64,000 nucleotides of DNA from Octopus bimaculoides. Lineage: Eukaryota. The stretch lies in NCBI RefSeq assembly GCF_001194135.2, contig NC_068998.1, positions 54,990,276-55,054,275 of the forward strand. The letters run 5' to 3'. Positions 54,601 to 64,000 of the stretch are shown piece by piece (position 1 is the first letter of the stretch; every line of letters begins with the position of its first letter). Made by a program: the position numbers and the translations under genes. The notes under the pieces are model-generated. The model saw only the letters and a program-made list of their open reading frames with translations. It made no database searches and was not told the origin of the DNA.

Positions 54601-55265
54601 NNNNNNNNNNNNNNNNNNNNNNNNNNNNNNNNNNNNNNNNNNNNNNNNNNNNNNNNNNNNNNNNNNNNNNNNNNNNNNNNNNNNNNNNNNNNNNNNNNNN
54701 NNNNNNNNNNNNNNNNNNNTTTTAGGATGTGATAAAGATTTAGGGATGTTGTGTGAATATCGTACATTTCAAAATAATGGTTTGAAGTCTCTTTCAAACA
54801 AAGTTTTTTAATCCATGTTTTTTTAACGTCTCACCCACCAACTCTTCTCGTGTTTTCAATTTTTTCTCTTACCTGTTATCGTATTCCAAATTCTGAAACA
54901 CATGTATCTATGTGTGTGTGTCAGTGTTTGCCCCACAACCGGTGTTTGGTGCTTTACGTTCCCGTTTGTAGCGAATCGGCAAAATTGACTGACAGTACCA
55001 GGCTTAAAGGAAAACAAAAAAATACAGAAGCCGATTCGTACGACTAAAATTTCTACAAGGCGGTGTCCCAGTATGGCCACAGTCTAATGACTGAAACAAG
55101 TAAAAGATAAATAAACTTTTGTGTTCACCTATTTGAAGAAAAGGAAGGCCTCGAATCGTTGGTATTTGAATGTTGCTTCGTCTGAAGTCGTTTGTTTACA
55201 TTACGTCGCTGCTGTTCGGAAAGAATCCCAAATTTATTAACAACCGGAAGGTAAAAAATAGGCAT
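43034..55265 (-). CDS. TMEM232: TMEM232 orthologue (cilia/sperm-flagellum associated protein), at least 14 coding exons; final exon not located
   Basis: Minus-strand exons 55129-55265, 54273-54384, 53293-53398, 52558-52715, 52156-52255, 51767-51936, 50521-50768, 49420-49577, 48786-48876, 47697-47748, 46086-46380, 45373-45557, 44042-44316 and 43034-43115 splice in frame (723 codons). Colinear similarity to human TMEM232 as remembered: AWSELILLLKCKGDIQQE~AWTEVIYLAQCKGEIQDE; CWVDYVVALNVLAEAAK~CWLDSVLALLVLGEAAK; FWPWDIIFIYTELLGDVLLNGSTSHIQKRALMG~[33 protein letters not shown]. Confidence 0.88.
44042..44316 (-). CDS. TMEM232: TMEM232 exon containing a polyglutamine tract
   Basis: ctgttgcag| FYSSKK..NFMSHMADNLVEIYL..QQQQQLQQQQQQ..SSFPL AG|gtgaaa. 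If this donor is not used, a stop follows at 44038-44040. Confidence 0.7.
44678..45030 (+). mobile_element. RTE-type LINE 3' end with family tail
   Basis: Decayed GH..RMDED.CVKK..GRG.P.KT motifs, then the tail ccaacccatgccagcatggaaa..cattaaatgatga, also seen at ~4310-4410(+), 18780-19000(-), 41720-41765(-), 49730-49830(+). Confidence 0.75.
45373..45557 (-). CDS. TMEM232: TMEM232 exon
   Basis: ctatctcttag| NEDNWNWRIRLGAIQALMRVY..LWTILLQVNQTERNPCVLEALHSNF |gtatgt. Confidence 0.87.
46086..46380 (-). CDS. TMEM232: TMEM232 exon
   Basis: ccttttccag| MSAETEEYSFGFWPWDIIFIYTELL..VSLLELTHF..MES G|gtaaat. Confidence 0.9.
47697..47748 (-). CDS. TMEM232: TMEM232 small exon (insertion)
   Basis: ttattttattag| (C)FHKRSDIFGDSKESDNK AAG|gtaagt; restores the phase 0 needed by exon 46380. 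Confidence 0.68.
48786..48876 (-). CDS. TMEM232: TMEM232 exon (charged insertion)
   Basis: ttcattctcag| (G)FEDKNQVKTKEPKETENDFKHISHGTSQN TG|gtaagc; inferred from splice sites and phase continuity only. Confidence 0.68.
49420..49577 (-). CDS. TMEM232: TMEM232 exon
   Basis: atttctacag| (C)WVDYVVALNVLAEAAKRNFTVLSIL..QRHPA G|gttgtt (weak donor). Confidence 0.85.
50521..50768 (-). CDS. TMEM232: TMEM232 exon
   Basis: ctattttag| LSKVQSES..APLWHALNVWKYQ..FNLDTAS TG|gtaagt. Confidence 0.87.
51767..51936 (-). CDS. TMEM232: TMEM232 exon
   Basis: ccctttccag| FSDSASFYTKHPDAQLLFRFIIQVADII..PPVL |gtaaat. Confidence 0.85.
52156..52255 (-). CDS. TMEM232: TMEM232 exon
   Basis: tttctttctag| VCQLVFMRLYCHKMANHLDGWQEVKKRLHSYFA A|gtgagt. 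Confidence 0.88.
52470..52545. repeat. Minisatellite (ttagtcatcaccatcaccatca)~4 in a TMEM232 intron
   Basis: Directly visible, immediately downstream of the GC donor. Confidence 0.85.
52558..52715 (-). CDS. TMEM232: TMEM232 exon with GC donor
   Basis: ctgcttttcag| CLDLLLMSLKLVAVDCNHVPLLLLLADTLL..MKQLK AAG|gcaagt. Confidence 0.85.
53293..53398 (-). CDS. TMEM232: TMEM232 exon
   Basis: attttag| WNAGLSSSGFRKDANVSLAWSELILLLKCKGDIQQ G|gttagt. Confidence 0.88.
53905..54026 (-). ncRNA. Hammerhead-like motif with extended (~97 nt) domain II, sense to TMEM232
   Basis: UCU-CUGACGA-AGCCCAGA...CCAAGUACC...GGUACUAUGG..UCUUGACU-GAAAC-AGCU-GUA-AGA; core intact, stem I only 3 bp. Confidence 0.45.
54273..54384 (-). 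CDS. TMEM232: TMEM232 exon
   Basis: ttgttacag| SPLQVTEEFVENYNKVKNLEEQKKYHAKAVQMLLRIK |gtaaga. Confidence 0.88.
55129..55265 (-). CDS. TMEM232: TMEM232 first coding exon
   Basis: ATG CCT (MPIFYLPVVNKFGILS...) 8 nt after a ttcacag acceptor at 55273; AAT AG|gtgaac donor. Confidence 0.82.
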
Positions 55266-55273
55266 CGTTTGAG

Positions 55274-55845
55274 CTGTGAAATTATGAATCAATGAAAGAG
55301 ATGTGAAAGGGATTAAATTTTCTGGTAGAATTAAAATAACTGATGAGAAGAACATTAAGGGTTCGATATCTGGAAATACCCGCGCTGATGCCGTATCTTG
55401 GGCGGGGAGGTCGTCTCAGATACTTTTAGAAGGGAACACTAATGTCCCCTAGAATGATGCACTATTGAATGGAATATTCATGCTTTTATTTCTTTATTTT
55501 ATTCACGGATTTCCTTTTTCTTTCCCCATACTCTTAACGTTTACTTTTGTAAAGTTACAATAAATATTGTAAAATTAATATAGTTATAATTATTTTTCTC
55601 ACATAATAAATTTTATCGCCATTAGAATATCTGAAACGGTTTTCTCCTTATCGTCTTTTCCTTGAATAAACAATTCCCAATTCCTCCAAGATAGTTAACG
55701 TAACAGACATGTTTTTAGGCAGTGACAAGAAACTGTTCGCTGCAGGAACCATCTTTGTTGCTTAACGGTTGCCATAGTGACAATGAACCGACGAGTTTTT
55801 ACGTGACTTAACAATTGAGCTGCGAGACTTGGTTGTAATGTAAAC
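55274..55845. promoter_or_regulatory. Putative bidirectional promoter / 5' UTR region of TMEM232 and LYRM7
   Basis: Divergent ATGs 580 nt apart; local CpG enrichment; GC box GGGCGGGG at 55400-55407; X-box-like GTTGCCATAGTGAC at 55768-55781. Confidence 0.7.
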
Positions 55846-55860
55846 ATGTCCAGAAAGCAG
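55846..55860 (+). CDS. LYRM7: LYRM7 exon 1 (coding part, MSRKQ)
   Basis: aacATG..CAG|gtaaga. Confidence 0.85.
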
Positions 55861-58213
55861 GTAAGAAGTGTTTTATGTTTAATTATGTTGCCTTCCACAA
55901 CTAATTATTGCGGAAAAAAAAAGTATAATTGTTGTTGTTGTTCTATATTGAAGATAAACGTTCACGTTTGGTATTGAAGCAACTCTGCTATAAATATTAG
56001 GCAATCAATCGTATGGTTTTTAATTTGACCTTCATTCATCTAATGAATTTATTACTGTTTTTTTTTTTTATTAATTATATTGGATATTTACTGGAAAATT
56101 ATCCGAACTAAAATAATTATATCATATGAGTTATTAATTAACGAATTCCTTTTAAAAATCGCCTGGAACCGTTTGAAGGCGACTCTTAATGAGACACCTG
56201 CCAAGCCAAACTTGGAGCGTCAATTCTTTCTATTTCTGATTTAGTCATTTCATTTCACTCACAACACAAATGTTGTTGGGACAAACATGAACATCTCACC
56301 ATCACATTAATAGCCGTAGGACCTTGTGTTGCTACCCGGCATTGTTTCGTTAATTACATTGAGGCGTCAAGTCATTAAATCAAAATTCTGTGTTATTGAA
56401 CTTTTAAATTAATTCTACATAAACTCGACATTTTGTTAATAGATTTAATGGAAATAACAGCAAGTTATATTATTATAACGATTCTTCAAATGCCATTGTC
56501 GACATCCTTAATTCTCTGCCCATATTCAGGAAATGTGGCATTTTCGAATTGTGATTGAAACCATAGATTCATGCATGCTCGCCTGTGTGTAGTATGATCG
56601 TAGGTTTTATTGTAGTCAAATATGTAAAGCAAACTTCATATCTATTAAAAAGACCTGAAACTGGATTAATTGTAGAAATATATCGGCGTAAGGAATTTAA
56701 TGGTTAATTGTCACTTCAAATGGAATTCAATTAAACGTCTAACAAATGAAAAAAATCACCACATTCAATGAAACAGGAGCAACGCAATTGTAATTATAAC
56801 AATAAAAGTAATCGTTGAGATAGGTTCACATGTTTCCAAATTATAAGGAAAGAGTGTAAACTATTGCAGCGACCGTTAGCTACTGTTTCTAGCCAACTGA
56901 TAAGAGGAACCTCCCTGACATAGAAGAACAGATCGATAGGCAGTGTTTCCCTATCTGGAATAATACTAAAATTCATTTCAGGATTGCTAAGAATTTTAGG
57001 AGAACTTCATCTATCTTTGAATACAAACTTAGGAAATATTAATATGGAGTCTCAGCCTGCTAGAAATAGCAACCAAATCTTCCATCTTCGACAAGGGTAA
57101 ACGACACATTGGATGGTGTAGTCCAAGATATCCCTAGAAGTCAGAATGGATCGGCTTGGCTGGAATGTCTTTAATTATATGTTAGCTTTGATTAGTGTTG
57201 ACCAGGGATTAAACAGAATAATACTATTTAGACTTTAATGGGAATAATGACAAAATAAAATAATACACAGTAAAACTTTTTAAATTAGGATAACAACAAT
57301 AATATTAGAATAATGAAAAAAAACTAGAATACTAACAAAATAAAAAGAAACAATAAAAAAAAAAATCATTTCCAGTGAAGCAGAAAAATATAAAATCACT
57401 TTAAAATGTTTGAACATTTTTCAGGTTATTTCTGCATTTAAGCATCTTCACAGAACAAGGAGAAAAGTTTTTGAAAATGATTTAACAGCTCTGGAAGGTA
57501 TGTTTGAAGAAAATTTCATTAGCTCAAGCAACTTGTTTTCATTGAAATAATTAGAATTCTACTCTTTATTAAGTAGAAATTCTAGAAATAACATGTTGCA
57601 TTTTTCTCGCACCTCATTTCATCCTGCTCCCACTGCTTCCTTCATTCCAGTCAGTCTGAATCTTCTATGAATTTTGATCCTTCTTTAATTGCTTACATCA
57701 TCTGCTACTTACACAACTTATTGACCCCCCCACACACACACACACACACTTCTTACATCAAACCCGCCACATCACTCCATTACTTTTAATCAGTTTTTCA
57801 TTTGCAATTTTGTAGCCACGATCTTCTCCAAACACCTGCAACATTAGATTCTTTCATTCTTCACACTGATTTAACTACCTGACATCCTCTACAAGCCCTC
57901 TTATATATTCTCTCGGTTACACCAATCCTCAAAGACATACACAAATAGTTTGTTATTTCTGCAAAGGTAGGAAATGTGTATTTTTGATGGGTGAACCTAT
58001 TTAAAAATTAATTCTTGATAATTGTGGTAAGAATATAAAAGAAGCTGCATTAGTTTTCCCTTCCTTTTTCATTATTTTGTCACTCACAGCTTCGAAACAG
58101 AAGATTAACCAAGAATTTCGGAAAAATATAAATGAAGCTGATCCAGCAGTGATCAAAAAGGTAATCAAATCATTCTATGTCATTTGTATAACTTATTATT
58201 TGACCATTTCCTC

Positions 58214-58246
<33 letters not shown>

Positions 58247-59635
58247 CCAATGAACATTACTTTTCTTCCTCTTGGCATAAAATTCATTCCACTATTTGAA
58301 CTCTGTGAATAATATATTTGCCAATCCAAAACCTGACCACTTCCCTCACATTGTATTGTTTTATTTTTATTGCATGTGTTTTTTTTAATTATTTTTTAGT
58401 TGTTGAAAATTGCCGAAGATTCTGAGATGATTCTCCGGACTCAGATCATTCAAGCTGAAGAGACAACTCCTGGTGTTTTCAGTAAACAAATTTATTCAAT
58501 CATTTCTAATTCTATTGTCTTGTTTTTAAGAAATAATTAATCTGAACCCAGTAGAGGGACCAGCTGTCCAAATAGACAGTAGCTTGGTAAATAAAGCAAT
58601 GAAAAGCATGAAGACAAGGAAAGTCCCAGGTCCATCAGGGGTCACTGCTGAGATGCTTAAAATATCCAGCCGAGTGGTATATGGTCTAGACTTTCCTTGT
58701 CTTCATATTCTCAACTACCCAGGGGGATACTTAGAAGTAGTAGATAGCTTCTGATACCTAGCTAACCAAGTTTGCAATGGAGGGGGGAGCTTTGAAGGCA
58801 TAGTTGCTAGAATAGGAAGAGGCTGGGCAAAGTTCAGAGAGATTTTATCTCCTTAGTAGCAAAGGGCCTCTTCCTCAGTGTGAAAGGTAGATTATGTGAA
58901 GCCTGTGTGTGAACAGCCTTGCTACATGGCTGTGACTGCAGAGGATATGTGAAGGCTTGAAAGAAATGAAGCTAATATATGCTCCACTGGATATGTCAGT
59001 GTGCACGTGCGATGGAGCTTAAGTACATGATCATCAGTTTTAAAGTCTCACAAAAGTGATGACAAGTGACTGAGACTTCTGGCAATTTGCTGTGCTTGAG
59101 AAGATGGATGAAGCTAAGTGAAATCATAGTTGTGGTCAGTGCCAATGACCCGTGAAAGGCATCTGTGCCAGTAACACAGAAAATACTCTGTAAAGTGGTT
59201 GGCATCAGGAAAGGCATCCAGCCAGAGAAACCAAGCCAAAACAGATGACTGGAGCCTGGTACAGCTCTCTGGCTTACCAGCTTTCGTCAAACCGTCCATG
59301 CCAGCATAGAAGACATCTGTTAAATGATGATTGCATCTGTTACCGAAACCTGAATAACTGAAGAAATTCCAACATGAAACTCCATCTTACTCAAACTCTT
59401 CAGGAATTCATTCTTTGGTCAATTATTTCTTCTTCTTCTTTCCATTACAATGAGTTTCTTTTATTTGCTTTTTTTTTTTTAATATTTTTTTCTCCAGTGT
59501 TTTATTCTGTACACTATTCTCTGTTGCATTTCAGAGGCAAAAATCACTGCCGATACCTTCAAAGACACTAACTACCCTTTCAAACCAGATGCCAAAATAC
59601 CAGAGTTCAAAAAAGGCAAGAAGTGTTCAAGCTGA
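55846..59635 (+). CDS. LYRM7: LYR motif-containing protein 7 (MZM1L), complex III Rieske Fe-S protein chaperone; 5 exons, 113 aa
   Basis: Exons 55846-55860, 57425-57497, 58090-58160, 58400-58481 and 59535-59635, all GT-AG and in frame. Product: MSRKQVISAFKHLHRTRRKVFENDLTALEASKQKINQEFRKN...LLKIAEDSEMILRTQIIQA..., matching remembered human LYRM7 ([32 protein letters not shown]). Confidence 0.95.
57045..57220 (+). repeat. Dispersed repeat tail (gctagaaatagcagccaaatc family)
   Basis: Colinear copies at ~5200-5300, 21800-21970, 26520-26600, 32130-32190 and 43680-43840. Confidence 0.7.
57425..57497 (+). CDS. LYRM7: LYRM7 exon 2 (LYR-like FKHLHR motif)
   Basis: ttttttcag| ... GAA G|gtatgt. Confidence 0.95.
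58090..58160 (+). CDS. LYRM7: LYRM7 exon 3
   Basis: cactcacag| ... AAG|gtaatc. Confidence 0.93.
58400..58481 (+). CDS. LYRM7: LYRM7 exon 4
   Basis: attttttag| ... TTC A|gtaaac. Confidence 0.92.
58520..59340 (+). mobile_element. Internally deleted RTE-type LINE in LYRM7 intron 4
   Basis: EGPAVQIDSSLVNKAMKSMKTRKVPGPSGVTAEMLK, then LEVVDSF.YL..ARIGRGWAKFRE..KGRL..ACV, then the family 3' tail. Confidence 0.8.
59535..59635 (+). CDS. LYRM7: LYRM7 exon 5 (to TGA)
   Basis: gcatttcag| (K)AKITADTFKDTNYPFKPDAKIPEFKKGKKCSS*; AATAAA at 59905-59910. Confidence 0.85.
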
Positions 59636-60064
59636 CCGATCCTTTTAACATGGAGACATCATGTTGTTACTTCGTTGCTTGTATCATATTTGACTCTAAG
59701 ACAAACTCACAAGATTCCTGATTCTTTCATAATAACCTAAGTTGTTAGAATATGAAAGATAGAGAGACTTTCTCTGGTTTATTTGATGCTATTCTATGAG
59801 GCTTCATTTTATAGCAACTCTGGACTCTGTCTTCCTTTCACTTGAAAGTCTTTCATGTCAGACATTAACAATTGTAAACATGAACAAATTTGGCATTTTT
59901 TTCTAATAAACACTATTTATTGTTTCCTTATTTAGTTTCTCTCTCTCTCTCTCTCCCCTCTAGCCCCCCCTTATTCAAAGTAAAGCTCAGCATCCTGAAT
60001 TCACTCCTCATCACTGATGATCTTTTAAAAATTGCTCCTTTAACGTTTATATTTTTCTTGTTTC

Positions 60065-60425
60065 AGTCATTAGTCTGTGGCCATGCTGGAGCACCACTTT
60101 GGAGAAAATTTAGTCAAATAAATTAACCCCTGGACTTAATTTTTTTTTTAAACCTGGTACTTATTCTATCGATCTCTTTGCCAATCCACTAAGTTACAGG
60201 GATATAAACATGCCAACACCAGTTGTCAAGCGGTGCGGAGGGGTACAATCACACACACACACACACATATATATAAATATATGATAGGTTTCTTTCAGTT
60301 TCCGTCTACCAAGCCCACTCACAAGGCTTTGATTGGCCCGAGGCTATAGTAGAAGACACTTGTCCAAGGTGCCATGCAGTGGAACTGAACCCAGAACCAT
60401 GTGTTTGGGAAGCAAGCTTCACACC
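60065..60425 (-). mobile_element. tRNA-derived SINE (family A), downstream of LYRM7
   Basis: Reverse complement of the family A head and tail. Confidence 0.85.
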
Positions 60426-61089
60426 TGCGCCTGCTGATAATAACAATTAACAAATCTCTCAACAGTCATGTACCTAGAGTGTGTGCTGTCCAGAGCAGCC
60501 CTTTAGTTTGCCCCCACAAAAAATACATATTGCCTGCAGCAGACCTAAAAGTGATGCCCCCACCCCTAGCTACGCTAGTGTCTCTCAATATAAATACATT
60601 TCTTCTCGAAGATCCATCAAAAACTCTTTATTTCTGTTTTCCAACATGTTTCACACAGTATGATCATCACCGCTCCATGAAAAGAGAGTGCATACCAAAC
60701 CTGAAGGAGTTATGGTTACTTGTTACATCGTGAACAACTTATGGAAACTCAGCATTGCTCAGCAATTCTATTTTTCTATGCCCAGTAAATGTCCAACGTT
60801 TAATTATCAATTCTTTAATCATTATTCGAGACAAGTACACTGTAAGCTTCCACCGAAGCAGTCAAAAGAAGACCGAAAATAATCTTGGAGTTGTCTCCCC
60901 TACGTTTTGGGTTGGAGAAAATCTTGGTTGTTAGCTCGTTTTGTTTTTTTAACTCATTTTATGTTTAATTAGTCTCAGGTGACAATATATAAACAATGTT
61001 ATTTACACAAGAAACCAAACAGCTTATAAATTAATTCTACTCATGCACTTCATGTGACGGCGAAGTAAGTTTTCTGTAATTAATGTCAA

Positions 61090-61800
61090 ACTCACACTAG
61101 CAACTCAAAATGTCGTCAATGTCCATAAATTGCTTACAATTTGCTGCAATTCCTTCCACATGACTTGAATACTGAAGAACAGAGATCTGATATTGTCAGC
61201 TTGCCAGGTGTAGGTACTCTGCAGTCTGAGGCTTGAACCTTAACATCTCTTCTGAATATTTTTCCATCAGTAAAGTATTCAAGTGATCTGAAGAAGTGGA
61301 ATCTGATGCTGTTAGGCCTGGTGAGGCAGTTTCCCAACCTAACGAATCTATCTTGGATTTGCTGAAAGTTGCCATGCATTATCATGTTACAGAATGAGGT
61401 ACCCAGACTGCCCTTCTCTATGCACTTACACAATCTGCTTGAGATGATTTTGCTCAGTGGACCAAGATTTATTAAGCCTCTGGGATAAATCTCTGATACT
61501 GTGACACAAATCCCCTTCAATTGCTGTTTTCACTGCATCATTATTGAAAACGGTTGGTCTTCCTGATCAACAGCATCCAAAAGATCAAAATAGCAATTTG
61601 TGAGTTTCTTAAACCAACTTTTGGCATTCCTCAACACTCGCATCATCATGATGCACAGGATGTGGGTTTCCACTTGTTTTGCTTTCTTCATAAAATTCCT
61701 AAAGTATGCAATGCTGAAGATGCAGCTCAGTAAAGTCCTTGTCTTCCATGACCTCTCAGATAGAATATGCAGACTTACAGCACATCTCCACATTAACATT
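61090..61800 (-). mobile_element. Decayed mariner (Tc1/mariner) transposase
   Basis: KSWFKKLTNCYFDLLD (W..KF..G.FDL.D), MIMHGN (LLHDNA-like), PNSIRFHFFRSLEYFTDGKIF (LAPSDFHLFRSL...GK.F); stops and an internal deletion. Confidence 0.8.
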
Positions 61801-61982
61801 TGCTCATTAACTCGATGCTGATTGGTCAATCGCAAAGACACAGAAATTCTGAGAAGCAATGGATTGGATTTTCAGTTCTAAACAAATAAATATGTTTGTG
61901 TTAATAAACATGGATTACATTTTGTGATTCAAGTACATTGTGTGTGTGTGTATGTATACACACACACATTGATGCACATACT

Positions 61983-62202
61983 TACAAGGGGCTGCTGAAA
62001 AGTTCCTGGCTTTAAGGGTTTGATGAAAGGCTTGGTTGGAGGCCCAACACTGAGTTCTTTTACAGGGCTGTGAAAAACTGAAGGACTGCTGCAATAATTG
62101 AGTGAATGTGGGTGGGTAATATGCTGAATAAAAATCATAATTAACTGATCTTCCTGTATTTATTTTTACTCAAAACCAAGACCTTATCAGCATCCCTTCA
62201 TA
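61983..62202. mobile_element. Mariner-derived MITE (copy 2)
   Basis: Colinear with 41168-41381; tacaaggggctgctgaaaagttcctggc left TIR, degenerate right TIR. Confidence 0.75.
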
Positions 62203-62994
62203 TATTCTGGGTAAATTGACTGGATGTCCAATATAATTTATTGAAAGTATGACTTGAACTATTTCAGTTCTGATATGCTGTGAATGGTCAAGACACAAGT
62301 CTTTGACACAATTAAACCTAACTGTCGGAAATAAGGGACCTGGCTTTCTCTTTTATTTTTATTTTTCCATGACTAGCAGGAAAAAACTACTTTTATGTAG
62401 AAATCCAGCCAGCAATTTTAAAAGCTCACTATCTGATGGGGGCCATGATTCCCAACATGGGGCATGGTAATATTTTGGTGAGGCATGTGTAGAGTTATGC
62501 TGAATTGTTATACCTTTTGTACACGATGTTTAGTACACCAATAGAGAAAGGGGACAATTTGGGAATGAGTTATTAAAAACAAAATTCTTTACATCCCTTC
62601 TGTGGACAATTTTATCAAATTTTAGAGACAACAGGTCATTTTCATCTTATTCATAAGATCTGATGTCCCTAAAGAGGGAATCAATTATTTCCTTCGATTT
62701 AGTGGTGTGTGAAAATATGTAGGTAATTACAAACGCGTTTGTGTGCATGCGCATGAATGCATGTATGTAGTATATAGAACTGGTCAGTACAGAAAGCAAT
62801 GCCATCTAAATTCCCTATGGAGAAATTAACTGGAGACAGACTTATGTGTGCAGGTGTGTCTTATATCTGTGGTGACAGTAAGAAATGAAAGAATTGAATA
62901 GTGTGGAAGTAAGAGGTAGCGTCAATGAACGAAGAGAAAGAGAGAGGAGACAGATAGAGAGATTTATGGTACTGGTAACGCACACACATACACG

Positions 62995-63026
<32 letters not shown>

Positions 63027-64000
63027 CAAAGATGAAAATTAAAAGGTCATTTTATTTCCACCGGTCAGTTTGTGAATTCAGCAAAAAGGTAAGAAAAAAC
63101 TTCCATCATTGATAGAAAGGCTTTTGCAGCTGAGAAGATTCACGGAATGTTTTTGGTTTCTTTTTGAGCATATTTTCCGAAAAGTTTCACTGAAATCTTT
63201 TGGAAGAAATTGTTGCAAAAATTTGCTTCAACTGAAATCTTTTCGTGTTTGATTCAAAGGCATAAAACTACAGATTTCTGCTCCACTCATGACTTTGGAG
63301 GATAACTTTTAGAAAAATGGATATCTTTTAATGAAATTGTCTCTGAATATGTGTTATATAATGTAGATTCCGAATATACAAAATTTTGTGGGGAAAAGTG
63401 TTTTAGGAGGCGTTAGGGTGGGGAATTTCGGAAAATCCACCGGAGTCCACTTCAATTCGTCTTAACTTTCAAGAAAATGGATATTTTTTTAATGAAATTC
63501 TCTACAAACATACCTCGGACTATGTAGATCCCGAGGACATAGGAATTTTGGGGGAAAACAATTGGGGTCTAATTTTGATAACTTTTCTCCGCTCGCGGGT
63601 GTTTCTGAACAAGTCGTTCATATTTGTTTCATTTTGTCCGTTTTGTGCATCCGTAGATTTCTAACGAAGGCAAACGAAGCCCTTCACCAGAAAACTCGTT
63701 ATGCTAAAAATAACAGCTAACGGTCGGCTACACAGAAATATGTTATTAAGACGACTTATCGGTTGCATACGATCTGTTTTTCACTTGAAGTAAATTCCCA
63801 GGTAAACGTTTTTAATAGAAAGGCAGAAGACACCAGAAGCAAAAATAAGGAATATTCGTGTACAGTTAAATTTAGAAGTGTAAAGCATAATTTGTTACAT
63901 AATCTCTATAATAAACATGATATTGAATGGAATAAGTCCCCGTTTGAACTTTTTTAATTACATGTGTGGTGTGGTGGGGTAGGAATCTACGGATGCACAA

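Noticed and set aside
7015-60425. tRNA-like A/B-box sequences as tRNA genes
   Set aside because: They are heads of multi-copy SINEs and have no complete cloverleaf.

Overview
This is AT-rich, microsatellite-dense eukaryotic DNA with five N-gaps. The SINE and RTE-LINE families resemble those I recall from Octopus, so a coleoid cephalopod source is inferred. Three spliced genes can be rebuilt from phase-compatible exons. (1) A + strand BNIP2/caytaxin/PRUNE2-family BCH-domain gene (~15.1-34.2 kb) with two alternative C-terminal exons. (2) A - strand TMEM232 orthologue (55,265 to ~43,000; at least 14 coding exons, one GC-AG intron, a polyQ tract). (3) A + strand LYRM7/MZM1L gene (55,846-59,635; 5 exons, 113 aa), head-to-head with TMEM232 across a CpG-rich promoter carrying an RFX X-box. 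Introns hold tRNA-derived SINEs, RTE and CR1/L2-like LINE fragments, a decayed mariner with MITEs, and Penelope-like (PLE) remnants. The most striking non-coding signal is a set of minimal type I hammerhead-ribozyme motifs. A ~520-bp fold-back element in a BNIP2 intron carries two mirror-image hammerheads. A related fold-back at the window start breaks inside its hammerhead. A core-intact hammerhead with a ~97-nt domain II lies in sense within a TMEM232 intron, and three decayed copies occur elsewhere. All have self-complementary helix III sequences. Family assignments rest on remembered sequences and need database confirmation.
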